Of a DNA stretch of 64,000 nucleotides, positions 42,443 through 52,571 are shown in pieces. The stretch's first letter is position 1. Each line of letters starts with the position of its first letter. A program made the position numbers and the translations under genes. The DNA is taken from contig CAVYYI010000005.1 in NCBI GenBank assembly GCA_963772725.1, forward strand, positions 192,001 through 256,000, in the 5' to 3' direction. Source of the stretch: an uncultured Phycisphaerales bacterium. GTDB lineage: Bacteria > Planctomycetota > Phycisphaerae > Sedimentisphaerales > Anaerobacaceae. Below the pieces are notes generated by a model that was given only the letters and a program-made list of their open reading frames with translations, was not told where the DNA came from and searched no databases.

Positions 42443-43477
42443 ATGAAAAGAGCAAAACGCATACTTGTAATATCCGATTTTAAAAATGAAAAGTCACAAG
42501 CTGTCTTTGTGGACGAAAGACGAATTGTCAAGGGCCTAATCCGTACCGGCAATGATGTAGTAGAATTTAGTCACAGAAATATGCTCATGCAGTGCAGCCC
42601 AATCGCAAACAAAAGAATTGCAAGATATTTTGCGCATAGGAAAGTCAACAAAATCCTCTTGGAGTTTATGCGGTATTACTATCCGGATTACGTTTTTGCT
42701 CTGTGTATGAAAGAACTTGATGCGGATACTGTAAAAGAAATGCGCCGTATCTCACCTAACACTATTTTCCTTGGCAGAGATGGTGATCCTTTCCCCGAGA
42801 ACTTCCCTAAACGTGTAGAAACAGGGGCACAAATGGACATAATGACAATGCCAAGTTCAGGTCAATTTCTTGAAGTTTATAAAAACGCCGGAGTTAAATG
42901 TTGTGCATTTATTCCTTTCTGCTGTGATCCAGATATCCAATATAAATTCGAGATTGAACAAAAATGGCAAACTGATATTGTATTCACTGGAAAAGAAGAA
43001 CATTCCAGTCTCAAACGTGACGAAATTAGATATAACATCGTAAAAAGACTTAAAGAGATGCCTAACGTAAAACTCTACGGCTGTTTTGGTCGTCCTCGAA
43101 CTTTAGGACTAGATTGTTTCCGTTCATTAAGTAATGCAAAAATAGGATTAAGCGTCAATATCACCAGCAATGTGAGACTTTATCATTCGGATAGATATAT
43201 AAACATTCCTGCCTGCGGAACATTCACTCTTGCCAAGCGAACCCAAGGTTATGAAATGCTGTTTGAAGATGGGGTACACATGAAGTATTTTGATAGCGAA
43301 GAAGAATTTTTTGAACTTGCTGACTGGTATTTAAAACATGATGATGAAAGAGAAAAAATCGCAAAGGCCGGCATGGAGCGATCTCATAGAGAGTTCAATT
43401 GTACAAAGATTGCCGGGCATTTGATGGATTTAGTAGAAAAGGGTAAATACGAAGCTCCATGGGCAGAAATTTTGTAG
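42443..43477 (+). CDS. CgeB-like glycosyltransferase
   Basis: DIVFTG, SDR..IPACG.F.L, EREKIAKAG. Confidence 0.75.
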   Translation: MKRAKRILVISDFKNEKSQAVFVDERRIVKGLIRTGNDVVEFSHRNMLMQCSPIANKRIARYFAHRKVNKILLEFMRYYYPDYVFALCMKELDADTVKEMRRISPNTIFLGRDGDPFPENFPKRVETGAQMDIMTMPSSGQFLEVYKNAGVKCCAFIPFCCDPDIQYKFEIEQKWQTDIVFTGKEEHSSLKRDEIRYNIVKRLKEMPNVKLYGCFGRPRTLGLDCFRSLSNAKIGLSVNITSNVRLYHSDRYINIPACGTFTLAKRTQGYEMLFEDGVHMKYFDSEEEFFELADWYLKHDDEREKIAKAGMERSHREFNCTKIAGHLMDLVEKGKYEAPWAEIL

Positions 43478-43498
43478 TTGTTTATTGATAAAGATATC

Positions 43499-44488
43499 AT
43501 GAAAATCCTTGTTATAAGCAATAATCCAGAGCGGGCGAGTTTCAGGCAGCGGATAGGTATTTACTTCGATATTTTGCGTGAAAACGGAATCGATTGTGAG
43601 GTCGCGAAGCTGCCGTTCGGTTTTTCAGAACGGTTAAAGCTGTTCAGAAGAGCGAGGGATTTTGACGGCGTTTTTATCCATAAGAAAAAACTCAATATTC
43701 TTGATATCTTTGTGCTTAGGCATTACAGTCGAAAAATTATCTATGATTTTGACGATGCTGTGATGTTCAATCCGCATAAGCCGCAGCGTAACAGCCCGTG
43801 GCATTTTCTGCCTTTTCGCAGAACGGTGGCGGCGGCGAATTTGGTTATCGCCGGCAATCAATATCTCGCGGACTACGCCCGAAAATTCAATCATAATGTT
43901 GAGGTTCTTCTCACTGGGCTTGAAACGGAGGCTTATCAGATAAAGAACATGCCCACAAGGGACGGCAAAATCCGGCTTGTCTGGATAGGCAGCAGTGCTA
44001 CTTTGAGCTATCTCGAAGAAATTCGGCCTGCTCTTGACGAAATTGGCAAACGTTTCGATAATGTGGTTTTGAGAATAATCTGCGATAAATTCTTTGACCT
44101 TAAAAATATGATGGTTGAAAAATGCCCCTGGTCGCTTGAAAAGCAAAGCTTTGATTTAGCTACCTGCGACATTGGGCTTTCTCCGCTGCCGGACAATCAT
44201 TTTACCAGGGGTAAATGCGGCTTCAAAATTCTTCAGTATGCGGCATCAGGTTTGCCTGTTGTTGCCTCACCTGTCGGGGTAAATCGCGATTATGTTCAGG
44301 ATGGTATCAACGGTTTTTGTGCAGTGGACAATCAGCAATGGTTCGATAAAATTTCTTTGTTAATTAAGGATGAGACGCTGCGGAAAAAAATGGCGGCTGA
44401 AAATCTTATCTGGGTAAAAAATTTCGATTTACAAATAATTGGGAAAAAATTGGTAGACCTGATTAAAAAGAATCTTTCTTTGACTTGA
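43499..44488 (+). CDS. GT4-family glycosyltransferase
   Basis: YDFDDA, WIGS, GKCGFKILQYAA.GLPVVASPVG. Confidence 0.85.
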   Translation: MKILVISNNPERASFRQRIGIYFDILRENGIDCEVAKLPFGFSERLKLFRRARDFDGVFIHKKKLNILDIFVLRHYSRKIIYDFDDAVMFNPHKPQRNSPWHFLPFRRTVAAANLVIAGNQYLADYARKFNHNVEVLLTGLETEAYQIKNMPTRDGKIRLVWIGSSATLSYLEEIRPALDEIGKRFDNVVLRIICDKFFDLKNMMVEKCPWSLEKQSFDLATCDIGLSPLPDNHFTRGKCGFKILQYAASGLPVVASPVGVNRDYVQDGINGFCAVDNQQWFDKISLLIKDETLRKKMAAENLIWVKNFDLQIIGKKLVDLIKKNLSLT

Positions 44489-44829
44489 GAAAACATTTTT
44501 TTGTCTGTGATGTATCAGTTATTTCCTTTTATATTGCGTTGGTGGCAAAATAATGGTATTTCTTGGGGGTTTGGGTTTTTGACGGGTTGGTAATGTAGCT
44601 ATGCGTTTAATATGGAAAAGGTAAAACGATAGCACAAGGCAAAACATGGAGTTTTCTCAATATAATACTTCCATGGTAAAGTTTTTTTACAGTTGCACCA
44701 TCCCCCTAACCCGCCACGCTTTTGCTGCTGGGCCTCGGTGCCGTTCGGCTTCGCTCACGACAGGCGGTGATGCTGAGTCGCCGACGCTCCAAAGCTATCG
44801 CGACGCAGTAAAGGAAACGCTGACAATCT

Positions 44830-45178
44830 ATGATTAACTTTGGAATTACAGAACGAAAAAAGGAAGAGCTCGAACAGCGTATGCAGAAATGCAATTTGTT
44901 CGAAAAAGATATAGACAGAAAAATTTGTCAGAAGCGGCGGTTCAGGCGGCCAGAAGGTAAATAAAAGCTCTTCCTGTGTCCATCTCAAACATATCACCAG
45001 CGGCTTATCAGTAAAAATGCAAAAGAGCCGCAGCCAGGGACTTAATCGTTATTATGCCAGAAAAAGAATGTGTGAATTGCTTGAGAATAAACTGTTGGGA
45101 AAAGAAAGCCCAGAGGCAAAAAGGATAGAAAAGATTCGAAAGCAGAAAGACAGGAATAGACGCAGAACCTCCTCATAA
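44830..45178 (+). CDS. Release-factor-like peptidyl-tRNA hydrolase (GGQ domain only), one frameshift near 44917; missing from the ORF track
   Basis: Manual translation: EKFVRSGGSGGQKVNKSSSCVHLKH...RSQGLNR...basic tail KIRKQKDRNRRR. Confidence 0.8.
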
Positions 45179-45400
45179 TTCGGGTCTGTTCATTTAACTG
45201 CCTAACCGGCTTTAACGATTTCGCATCTCGGCCAACTGAATGTACGAAAAAACCGCGGGGGCGGCCTGGCGGCTAAACGAATAGTAAGGGAAAAGCTTAA
45301 TTATCGGAATTTTATACTTTTTCAGTTGATTTGTGTGTGCCGGGGGGATAAACTGCAACTAGGAAAACTAACATACAACATTTTTTTGGGGGACCTAAAA

Positions 45401-45857
45401 ATGAAAATAATGGAATTGTTGGAAAAATCGGGGATAAAGTACCAGGCCGATGACCATCGTCCCACTTATACGGCCCAGCGCCTCGCCGCCGTCGAACACG
45501 AATCCGGCAGGTTTGTGGCTAAACCGGTACTGGTTAAGGCGGATGACAAATTTATAATGTGCGTTTTGGCGGCGCATCGCAAGATAGACCTCGCGGCGTT
45601 GAAAAGCCAGCTTGGCGCAATCCCTTGAACTTGCCGACGAGACCGCCATCGCCAAACTGTGTCCGGATTGTGAGGTAGGGGCAGAACCGCCTTTTGGAAA
45701 TCTCTACAATCTGCCTACGATTATGGACAAGGAGCTGCAAAAAGATGACCACATAACTTTTCAGGCTGGTTCGCACGAAACGGCTGTGAGGGTCAATATG
45801 AAAGATTACCTCAAACTCGTTTCGCCGACAATACTGGCTTTCAGCTACCACGGTTAA
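45401..45857 (+). CDS. YbaK/EbsC-family protein (frameshift near 45620)
   Basis: H..TYTAQ, AKPVLV, CEVGAEPPFG, AGSH. Confidence 0.85.
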
Positions 45858-45914
45858 ATGTTCGTATTTAGCGCATAAAAATCTTGCCAATATGATTGTG
45901 GGAATTGCGGCCTG

Positions 45915-46406
45915 TTGTTAAGGAGCGCGGCAAAAACGCACATTAAAATTACAAGCCCGGCTTTTGCCGACGGTGATTTTATCCCGTCAAAATATACCTG
46001 TGATGGGCAGGACATTTCCCCGCCTTTAGCGTGGGAGGGAATTCCCGCCGGTACCAGAAGCATTACCATTATATGCGATGACCCCGATGCGTCGGGCGGG
46101 ACTTTTGTACACTGGGTTTTGTTCAATATCCCGCCTGATAAAAATGGATTGCCGGAAAATTTTCCCGACGATGAGACCCTGCCGGACGGCACCCGCCAGG
46201 GGATTACCGATTTTGAAAAAATCGGTTACGGCGGCCCATGCCCTGCAAGCGGCACACACAGATATGTTTTCAAGATTTACGCTCTCGACGACAAAATAGA
46301 TATCGCGATTATCGCCGATAAGCAGCTTTTGCTTTCCGCTATGGAAGGACATCTCCTCGCCCAGGGCAGACTCATCGGCAAATACCCAAAACAAACTGTT
46401 TCTTAA
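45915..46406 (+). CDS. YbhB/YbcL (PEBP) family protein
   Basis: TCDG..SPPL.W, DPDA, HWVLFNIP, YGGPCP..GTHRY.F. Confidence 0.92.
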   Translation: MLRSAAKTHIKITSPAFADGDFIPSKYTCDGQDISPPLAWEGIPAGTRSITIICDDPDASGGTFVHWVLFNIPPDKNGLPENFPDDETLPDGTRQGITDFEKIGYGGPCPASGTHRYVFKIYALDDKIDIAIIADKQLLLSAMEGHLLAQGRLIGKYPKQTVS

Positions 46407-46482
46407 ACCGCATATATCTTAACCGCAGAGATATAATTTTATTTAACACAGCCTCTTGCGTCGGGGGTATTTTTAACCGTTT

Positions 46483-47360
46483 TTAATCCGTCTTTGGCGA
46501 ATGGTCGGGGGCCTTTTCCTGCTCCGTAAGCATTTCGTTTAGTGAGCCGCTGCGAAAGCCCTGAATGTCCATCGCGATATATTTAAAGCCGATTGACTTG
46601 AATTTTTCGATAATTTTTCGCGGTTCGGCTCGGCGGTAATTTTGCTGAAATCTTTCGGATGCACCTCTATCCGCGCGACCGTATCGTGATGGCGAACGCG
46701 AAATTCGACCATGCCCAGCGTTTTAAGAAATTCCTCGGCCTGCTCGATTTGTTTAAGCCGCTGCCCGGTAATTTCAAGGCCGTAAGTTACCCTCAACGCC
46801 AGGCACGGTGAGGCGGGATTATCCGCGGTGGGCAGATTGAATTTCCTGCTCAACGCACGGATGTCATCTTTGGTCAATTCCGCCTCAGCGAGCGGGCAGC
46901 GGATACCGAAAACTTTAATCGCACGGCTGCCGGGCCGGTAATCGTCTTTGTCGTCGAAATTATTACCGCATATTACGCTGTCGAAAATATTTTCTTTCGC
47001 AACATTGAGCAGTGTTTTTAAGAGGTGACTTTTACAGTGGAAGCAGCGGTCGGCCTTGTTGGCGGCATACGATGCGTCAGCCATCTCCTGGGTTTGAACG
47101 GTCTGGATTTTGACGCCGATATTTTTCGCGGTCTCAATCGCTTTATCGTATTGACTTTTAGGCAGCGACGGCCCCGCGGCGATGCACGCCAGCACACTTT
47201 CCGCACCAAGCGTATCGACAGCCGCCTTTAACAGAAAGGTGCTGTCCACACCGCCCGAATATGCCACAACAACCCTGCCCAGGTTTTTGAGGATTTGCTT
47301 TAAGGATTCTAATTTTTTGTCACATTTATCAATCATTGTTACTTTCCCAATATTTGTCAT
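46483..47360 (-). CDS. larE: ATP-dependent sacrificial sulfur transferase (frameshift near 3' end)
   Basis: AYSGGVDS, RCFHCK, DDYRPG, SPCL, FRVRHH; GFRSGSLN in the shifted frame. Confidence 0.88.
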
Positions 47361-47377
47361 CGCAGAGAGTTATCATT

Positions 47378-47821
47378 TCAAAGTACCTCATCCAGAATTT
47401 CCGCGGCGGTGCAGACGTACTCGGGGCAAATCGTAGTAAAAAGTTTTTTGTCTGTTGCCTCCTTCAATCCTTCAGGCGTAGAAATATCGCATCGCAGAAG
47501 CGACTTGCATTCAATTGAGCCGTAACGTGCCTTGAATTTGTTCGCGAACCGCTTTACAACTTCGAATGTCTTTTCCTTTGCTTTGTTGTCGTCTGCTTTC
47601 ATTTTGCCGTATTTAAGCCCAATGACCATAATCGCGCCTGTAACCGCCCCGCAGGTTTGCCCCAGATGCATACCGCCGCCAAATCCGGTTGAGAGTTTCA
47701 ATGCCGTGCCCTGTTTTAGGCCGAACTGCTCGCAATATGCCGCCAGCACCGCCGGCGCACATGAAAACCCTCCCAAATAAATCGCCTTTGCCTTATCTGC
47801 ATTACTCATATTCAACTCCAT
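47378..47821 (-). CDS. C_GCAxxG_C_C family putative redox protein
   Basis: FSCA, GFGGG..CGAVTG, GSIEC, terminal C. Confidence 0.88.
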   Translation of the reverse strand: MELNMSNADKAKAIYLGGFSCAPAVLAAYCEQFGLKQGTALKLSTGFGGGMHLGQTCGAVTGAIMVIGLKYGKMKADDNKAKEKTFEVVKRFANKFKARYGSIECKSLLRCDISTPEGLKEATDKKLFTTICPEYVCTAAEILDEVL

Positions 47822-47890
47822 ATTTTATAAGTTTTTAAGATACTTTAATTCTATCGCTTTTTTTGAAGTTTTGTTCAGTCAGCCAACATT

Positions 47891-48133
47891 TCATTCTTTA
47901 TACTCGCAGTAAACTTTATTGTATAATTCTTCGCCCAAGTGACGTTTCGCCCAGATATGCCAGACCTCTTTTTCATCAGCATCGGGATACCGCATTCTGA
48001 TACCAGCCATTGAAAGCAACTGGCCCATACGATATGCGTCCGAAACCAGCTCAAGCTTTTTCTCCGGGCTCATTCGCCGATAAAGCTCGCATTGCACTTT
48101 ATATGCCTCTGGTGTTGTGTCACTTATGCCCAT
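47891..48133 (-). CDS. Small antitoxin-like hypothetical protein
   Basis: SDTTPEA..Q.ELYRRMSPEKKL...GIR.RYP pattern of small partners of nucleotidyltransferases. Confidence 0.5.
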   Translation of the reverse strand: MGISDTTPEAYKVQCELYRRMSPEKKLELVSDAYRMGQLLSMAGIRMRYPDADEKEVWHIWAKRHLGEELYNKVYCEYKE

Positions 48134-48426
48134 TTTTTTTGTACTATTTCCAATTTTAAATAATACTGGCCAATAAGGGCCAGCGATGCGGCAACAAGGA
48201 ACAATATCATTGAATAAATATTCCACTTTATCAAACTTAAACAAGCTTGAACGATGAACAATAGAGAAGCAATTTGAAGTAGCGTATGCGGCCATTTTGA
48301 ATAAATAAGCATTGTTCCGCAATACGGGCAGGGTGATTCTTTGCGTGAGCAAAGGCCTTTTGTAAATTTCCATTTTTGCCTCCAGGAAATTCGCTGATGG
48401 CAGGAAGGACATAAATTATATGCCAT
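48124..48426 (-). CDS. Small zinc-ribbon protein with two TM segments
   Basis: CPSC and CPYC followed by two hydrophobic stretches. Confidence 0.5.
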   Translation of the reverse strand: MAYNLCPSCHQRISWRQKWKFTKGLCSRKESPCPYCGTMLIYSKWPHTLLQIASLLFIVQACLSLIKWNIYSMILFLVAASLALIGQYYLKLEIVQKKWA

Positions 48427-48471
48427 AAACCACCTCTGTAACCCACGATTTTTATTTTTTATTTTTCTTAT

Positions 48472-48543
48472 AGCCGATGGAGGGATTTGAACCCTCAACC
48501 CCGGCTTTACGAAAGCCGTGCTCTACCGTTGAGCTACATCGGC
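48472..48543 (-). tRNA. tRNA-Thr (CGT)
   Basis: GCCGATG acceptor stem, CGGCT-TT-CGT-AA-AGCCG anticodon arm, GGTTCAAATCC. Confidence 0.95.
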
Positions 48544-48691
48544 GGTACCGCACAAAATCATATATATTCAGCCCGATTTTGTAAAGGTTTAATCCACGGT
48601 CAACCTGCATATTTCACCGCAAAGTTCGCGGAGAGCGCAGAGATGCTTGTAATATAAAGACTTATGTTAAAATCCTGAAATTATCGACAAA

Positions 48692-48829
48692 TGTCCTGGC
48701 GTCCTAATGTCCTAAGCGTCCTAATGATTTTCTATTAATTATATTATTTACTCATTCTTTGCTTCGCGATAGGTATAGAAATATTAATAATAATAGGAAA
48801 TCATTAGGACAAATAGGACAGTTGGGACA
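48692..48829. repeat. Inverted array of GTCCTAA-like repeats around an AT-rich core
   Basis: Four GTCCT units on the left, three GGAC units on the right; 19/20-nt inverted repeat 48718-48737 / 48791-48810. Confidence 0.7.
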
Positions 48830-48978
48830 ACAAACCATAATAAACCAACCAAGTTTCTTGGATAATCATTAAAAACCTTGATTTCGCTGAAAAAAACCCT
48901 TGTCTTTAATGGGCAGGTTATTGTAGTATAGACAGTTTTAGAAGCCGGACAGAATTAACTTTTTGGAGGTTGTAAAAA

Positions 48979-51012
48979 GTGGCAAACAGTAACGATATTC
49001 GTAATGTTGTTGTTCTGGGGCATGGCGGAAGCGGCAAAACGTCGCTGGTTGAGGCTATATTGCACAAAACCGGCGCGACAAACCGTCTCGGCAACGTCGA
49101 TGAAAAGACCGCGGTCTGTGACTACTACGATGAGGAAAAAGAGCATCAGCATTCGATACAGGCGGCGATAGTCAATACCAAATACGCCGGCAAGTTAATA
49201 AATATTATTGATACGCCGGGCTATCCCGATTTTGTCGGTCCGGCGATAAAATCCATACCGGCCTGCGAAACAGCGGTAATCGTAATAGGCGCATCGTCGG
49301 GAATAGAAACCAACACCCGCAAACTCTTTGAGTTGGCCGCTAAAGCCTCTATGCCCCGCATTATAGTCATCAATAAAATCGACGCCGAAAACGTTGACTT
49401 TCCGGAACTCCTTAAGAATATCGGCGAAACGTTTGGCTCTAACTGCCGCTGTGCAAATCTGCCTTCATCCGACAAGTCATCAGTGGTGGATTGTATAGAC
49501 AATAAAACCGGCAGCGCTTTTTTGATGGATGTCGCCGAGGCGCATACCAATCTCATCGAAAGTGTCATCGAGGCTGACGATGCTCTTATGGAAAAATATC
49601 TTGGCGGCGAAGAGGTTTCACCTCAGCAGATAGCTTCGGTATTTGTAAAGGCGATGAAAGCCGGCACGTTAGTACCCATAGTGTTCACAAACTCCCGCAA
49701 AGAGGTCGGCATAACCGAACTTATGGATATTATCGCAAAATACACACCTTCGCCGGTTGAGGCCAAACCGATGGTGCTTAAAGATAAGGACAAATCGGTC
49801 GAACTAAAAGCAGACCCGACCGGCCCGCTGGCAGGCCTGGTATTCCGCGTCGGCTTTGACCCTCGCTCGAGTATGAAATATTCGAGCATTCGCATCTTCA
49901 GCGGGACAATGAAGTCCGACACCAACCTTTTGCGAAATGACGAAAGAAAAGGCATCAGGCCGGGACATATCCTCAAATCTCAGGGCATCGAAAATATTGA
50001 AACCCCCCTGGGAATCGCAGGCGATATTATTACCCTGGCCAAAGTCGATGAACTGAAAATGGGCGACCTTGTCCACGATGGCAAAGTAAGCGGCAAATTT
50101 GAAATACCGCTCGTTCCGGAACCTATGTTCTCATTGGCGCTGGAGCCGGCTACAAGGGGCGATGAACAGAAAATCAGCAGCGCCCTCGAAAAGTTGCGAG
50201 AGGAAGACCCCTGCTTTAAGGCTACCCATGATGCACAGACCAAAGAGCTGGTTATAAGCGGACTGGGCGAACTGCACCTGCGGGTCATTCTCGAAAAGAT
50301 GGCTAAGCAGTATAAGCTTTCCGTAACAACCAAGCAGCCCAAGATTCCATATCGTGAGACAATTACGATCAAAGCCGAAGGCCATTATCGGCATAAAAAA
50401 CAAACAGGCGGCGCCGGTCAGTTCGGCGAAGTTTATCTGCGTGTTGAACCCGCTGAACGTAATTCTGAGCCGCCTCTGCAGTTCAGTTGGGATATTTTCG
50501 GCGGTTCCATCCCCGGACAATTCGAGGCGCCTATCGTCAAGGGTGTAAATGATATTATGGAAACCGGTGTTATCGCCGGCTTCAAAATGCAGGACATAAA
50601 AGTTTCTGTTTATGACGGCAAATACCATCCCGTGGACTCAAAGGAAGTGGCCTTCAGAGCGGCGGGAAAAGGCGCATTTCTCGATGCCGTCTCAAAAGCA
50701 AAGCCTGTTCTGCTCGAACCGATAGTAAATATAGAAATTACCGTGCCCGCGGAGAATATGGGCGATATTGCCGGAGACCTCGCATCTAAACGCGGAAGAG
50801 TCATCGGCCAGGATATGCTCGCTGGGAATATGATGGTTATTAAGGCCCAGGTTCCTCTGGCGGAAGTTACACAGTATAACAGCCAGTTGAAAAGCGTTAC
50901 CGGCGGCAGAGGCAGCTACTCTATGACACTTAGCCATTACGAACTCGTGCCTTCGCACGTCCAGCAGCAAATAGTCGCCGCCAATGCAAAGGCAAAAGAA
51001 GTAGAAGAATAA
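48979..51012 (+). CDS. fusA: Elongation factor G paralogue (EF-G2)
   Basis: GHGGSGKT, DTPG, NKID, GLGELHL, KKQTGGAGQFG, HPVDS. Confidence 0.92.
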   Translation: MANSNDIRNVVVLGHGGSGKTSLVEAILHKTGATNRLGNVDEKTAVCDYYDEEKEHQHSIQAAIVNTKYAGKLINIIDTPGYPDFVGPAIKSIPACETAVIVIGASSGIETNTRKLFELAAKASMPRIIVINKIDAENVDFPELLKNIGETFGSNCRCANLPSSDKSSVVDCIDNKTGSAFLMDVAEAHTNLIESVIEADDALMEKYLGGEEVSPQQIASVFVKAMKAGTLVPIVFTNSRKEVGITELMDIIAKYTPSPVEAKPMVLKDKDKSVELKADPTGPLAGLVFRVGFDPRSSMKYSSIRIFSGTMKSDTNLLRNDERKGIRPGHILKSQGIENIETPLGIAGDIITLAKVDELKMGDLVHDGKVSGKFEIPLVPEPMFSLALEPATRGDEQKISSALEKLREEDPCFKATHDAQTKELVISGLGELHLRVILEKMAKQYKLSVTTKQPKIPYRETITIKAEGHYRHKKQTGGAGQFGEVYLRVEPAERNSEPPLQFSWDIFGGSIPGQFEAPIVKGVNDIMETGVIAGFKMQDIKVSVYDGKYHPVDSKEVAFRAAGKGAFLDAVSKAKPVLLEPIVNIEITVPAENMGDIAGDLASKRGRVIGQDMLAGNMMVIKAQVPLAEVTQYNSQLKSVTGGRGSYSMTLSHYELVPSHVQQQIVAANAKAKEVEE

Positions 51013-51026
51013 AACTGTTGGCTGTT

Positions 51027-51657
51027 TTATCTGTCGGATTGTTTTTGAGACCCGTCTGAGTTTTTCAGGCTCTCAAGAAGCCGTTCAAGTTCCTCTCTGC
51101 GAGGGAGCAACTCTTTTCGTACGACTCTTTGGTTCAGCCAATAAACAAACCAGAAAAACAATGCTGTTGCCGCTATAAGCAGGATTCCCATGAGCCGGGT
51201 ATGTGTCAAAATGGCGGCATATACAAACCAGATGACACATCCCAAGCCGGGCGGCAGCAAATACCACCAGAATACGTTTTTTAACAGCCATATCTGGTGG
51301 TTAACATCCAATAAGGATGTCTCTGCACAGTTTGTAATCGAATCGCTCATTTTTGGTTCTGCGCTTTTGTACAACATGGTCTCCAATAAAAAACACAACC
51401 ATATAAAGGCTCAAAGCTGCCAGAAAATACATTGGCCAAACAAAACCAAGTCCCATCCTACTGAAAAAAATGCCAAAAAATAAAAAGGCAATAACACAGA
51501 AAACCGCCGCTGAAATCTCAATGATGTCACGTTGTATAATCGAAGTTCTGAAATAATCCCGACTTCTCTTTAGTTCGGCAAGAAAAACTTCGGTGTCAAT
51601 CCTTACCGTATTCCCATCCTGCTGGTTCCAGACTTTTTTAATATCGTCAAAATTCAT
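51027..51657 (-). CDS. Membrane protein, probable anti-sigma partner (frameshifted)
   Basis: MNFDDIKKVW start; QIWLLKNVFWWYLLP; follows the ECF sigma gene. Confidence 0.6.
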
Positions 51658-51669
51658 CGATGAGCCCTT

Positions 51670-52179
51670 TCAGTAATTGAGCGAGCTCTTTTTTGCCCGG
51701 TTTAGTTTTACACCGACATTATTTTGGGAAATGCCGAGTACCTCGGCTATGTCATCGTAACTGAGACCATCCAGGTACATAAGAACGATAGAACCATCAA
51801 TTTTTGGCAGGCTGCGAATCGCTTCGTAAAGGCGTTCTGTAATCTGCTGTGTCTCTGCCGGCTCACAATCCTGCTGCTGTATTCCTTCATTGAGTTTAAT
51901 AGCCGTTATTTTATTATGCTTCTTTTGCCTTCTGACCTGTCCCCTGTTCCAGACTAATGCCGTATTAACAGCCACGCGGTAAATCCACGTTGTTTCTTTG
52001 GCCTTACCCCTAAAACCGGGAATGGATGACCATAACTGCAGCAAAATCTCCTGAAACAAATCATCCTGGTCCTGTGGAGAACAGCCATAAGTCTTAACGA
52101 CCTTAAATATAAGCTGCTTATATTCGCCAAGCCATCGCTTAAATAATTCTTCGTTTTTATTGACCGCCATCCCGGACAC
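51670..52179 (-). CDS. ECF sigma-70 factor
   Basis: DLFQEI..QLW, TWIYRVA.N, LSYDDIAEVLGIS..NV.VKLNRAK. Confidence 0.92.
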   Translation of the reverse strand: MSGMAVNKNEELFKRWLGEYKQLIFKVVKTYGCSPQDQDDLFQEILLQLWSSIPGFRGKAKETTWIYRVAVNTALVWNRGQVRRQKKHNKITAIKLNEGIQQQDCEPAETQQITERLYEAIRSLPKIDGSIVLMYLDGLSYDDIAEVLGISQNNVGVKLNRAKKSSLNY

Positions 52180-52296
52180 CTGCTTTCTATATAAATAGTA
52201 ACCGCAACCTGTGCTTTATTACAAAATATTTTGGAATTTCTGTCCGGATAAATCGCATAGTGTTCTTTAGGCGAGCCCCCAAAAGAGTTTTGTTAA

Positions 52297-52370
52297 TGCG
52301 CCCGAGAGGATTCGAACCACTGACCCCCGGTTTAGGAAACCGGTGCTCTATCCTACTGAGCTACGGGCGC
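52297..52370 (-). tRNA. tRNA-Arg (CCT)
   Basis: GCGCCCG acceptor stem, CCGGT-TT-CCT-AA-ACCGG anticodon arm, GGTTCGAATCC. Confidence 0.95.
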
Positions 52371-52456
52371 GAAAATCGCGCGGCAAAATTAAACAGCCTG
52401 CCACACATCTTATGAATTATAGACGCAAACGCGTTTTTATCAAGGCCAAAACTCCC

Positions 52457-52499
52457 GAGAAAAAAATGTTGCAATATCCTTTGACGCTGTTTATCTTAT
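52457..52499 (+). promoter_or_regulatory. Sigma70-like promoter, near-duplicate of 54045-54087
   Basis: TTGCAA-N17-TATCTT within a 43-nt block 36/43 identical to the second copy. Confidence 0.6.
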
Positions 52500-52571
52500 G
52501 AATTCAAATGTGTGTGCGGGAAATTAAATTTACCCAAAATTCAGATAAACGGATGCAGAAGGAGCCGGAGA

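Noticed and set aside
47378..47821. C_GCAxxG_C_C protein as a selenoprotein
   Set aside because: All motif positions are Cys codons in an uninterrupted ORF.
48692..48829. CRISPR array
   Set aside because: Units are 8-9 nt with no unique spacers, and there are no cas genes in the window.
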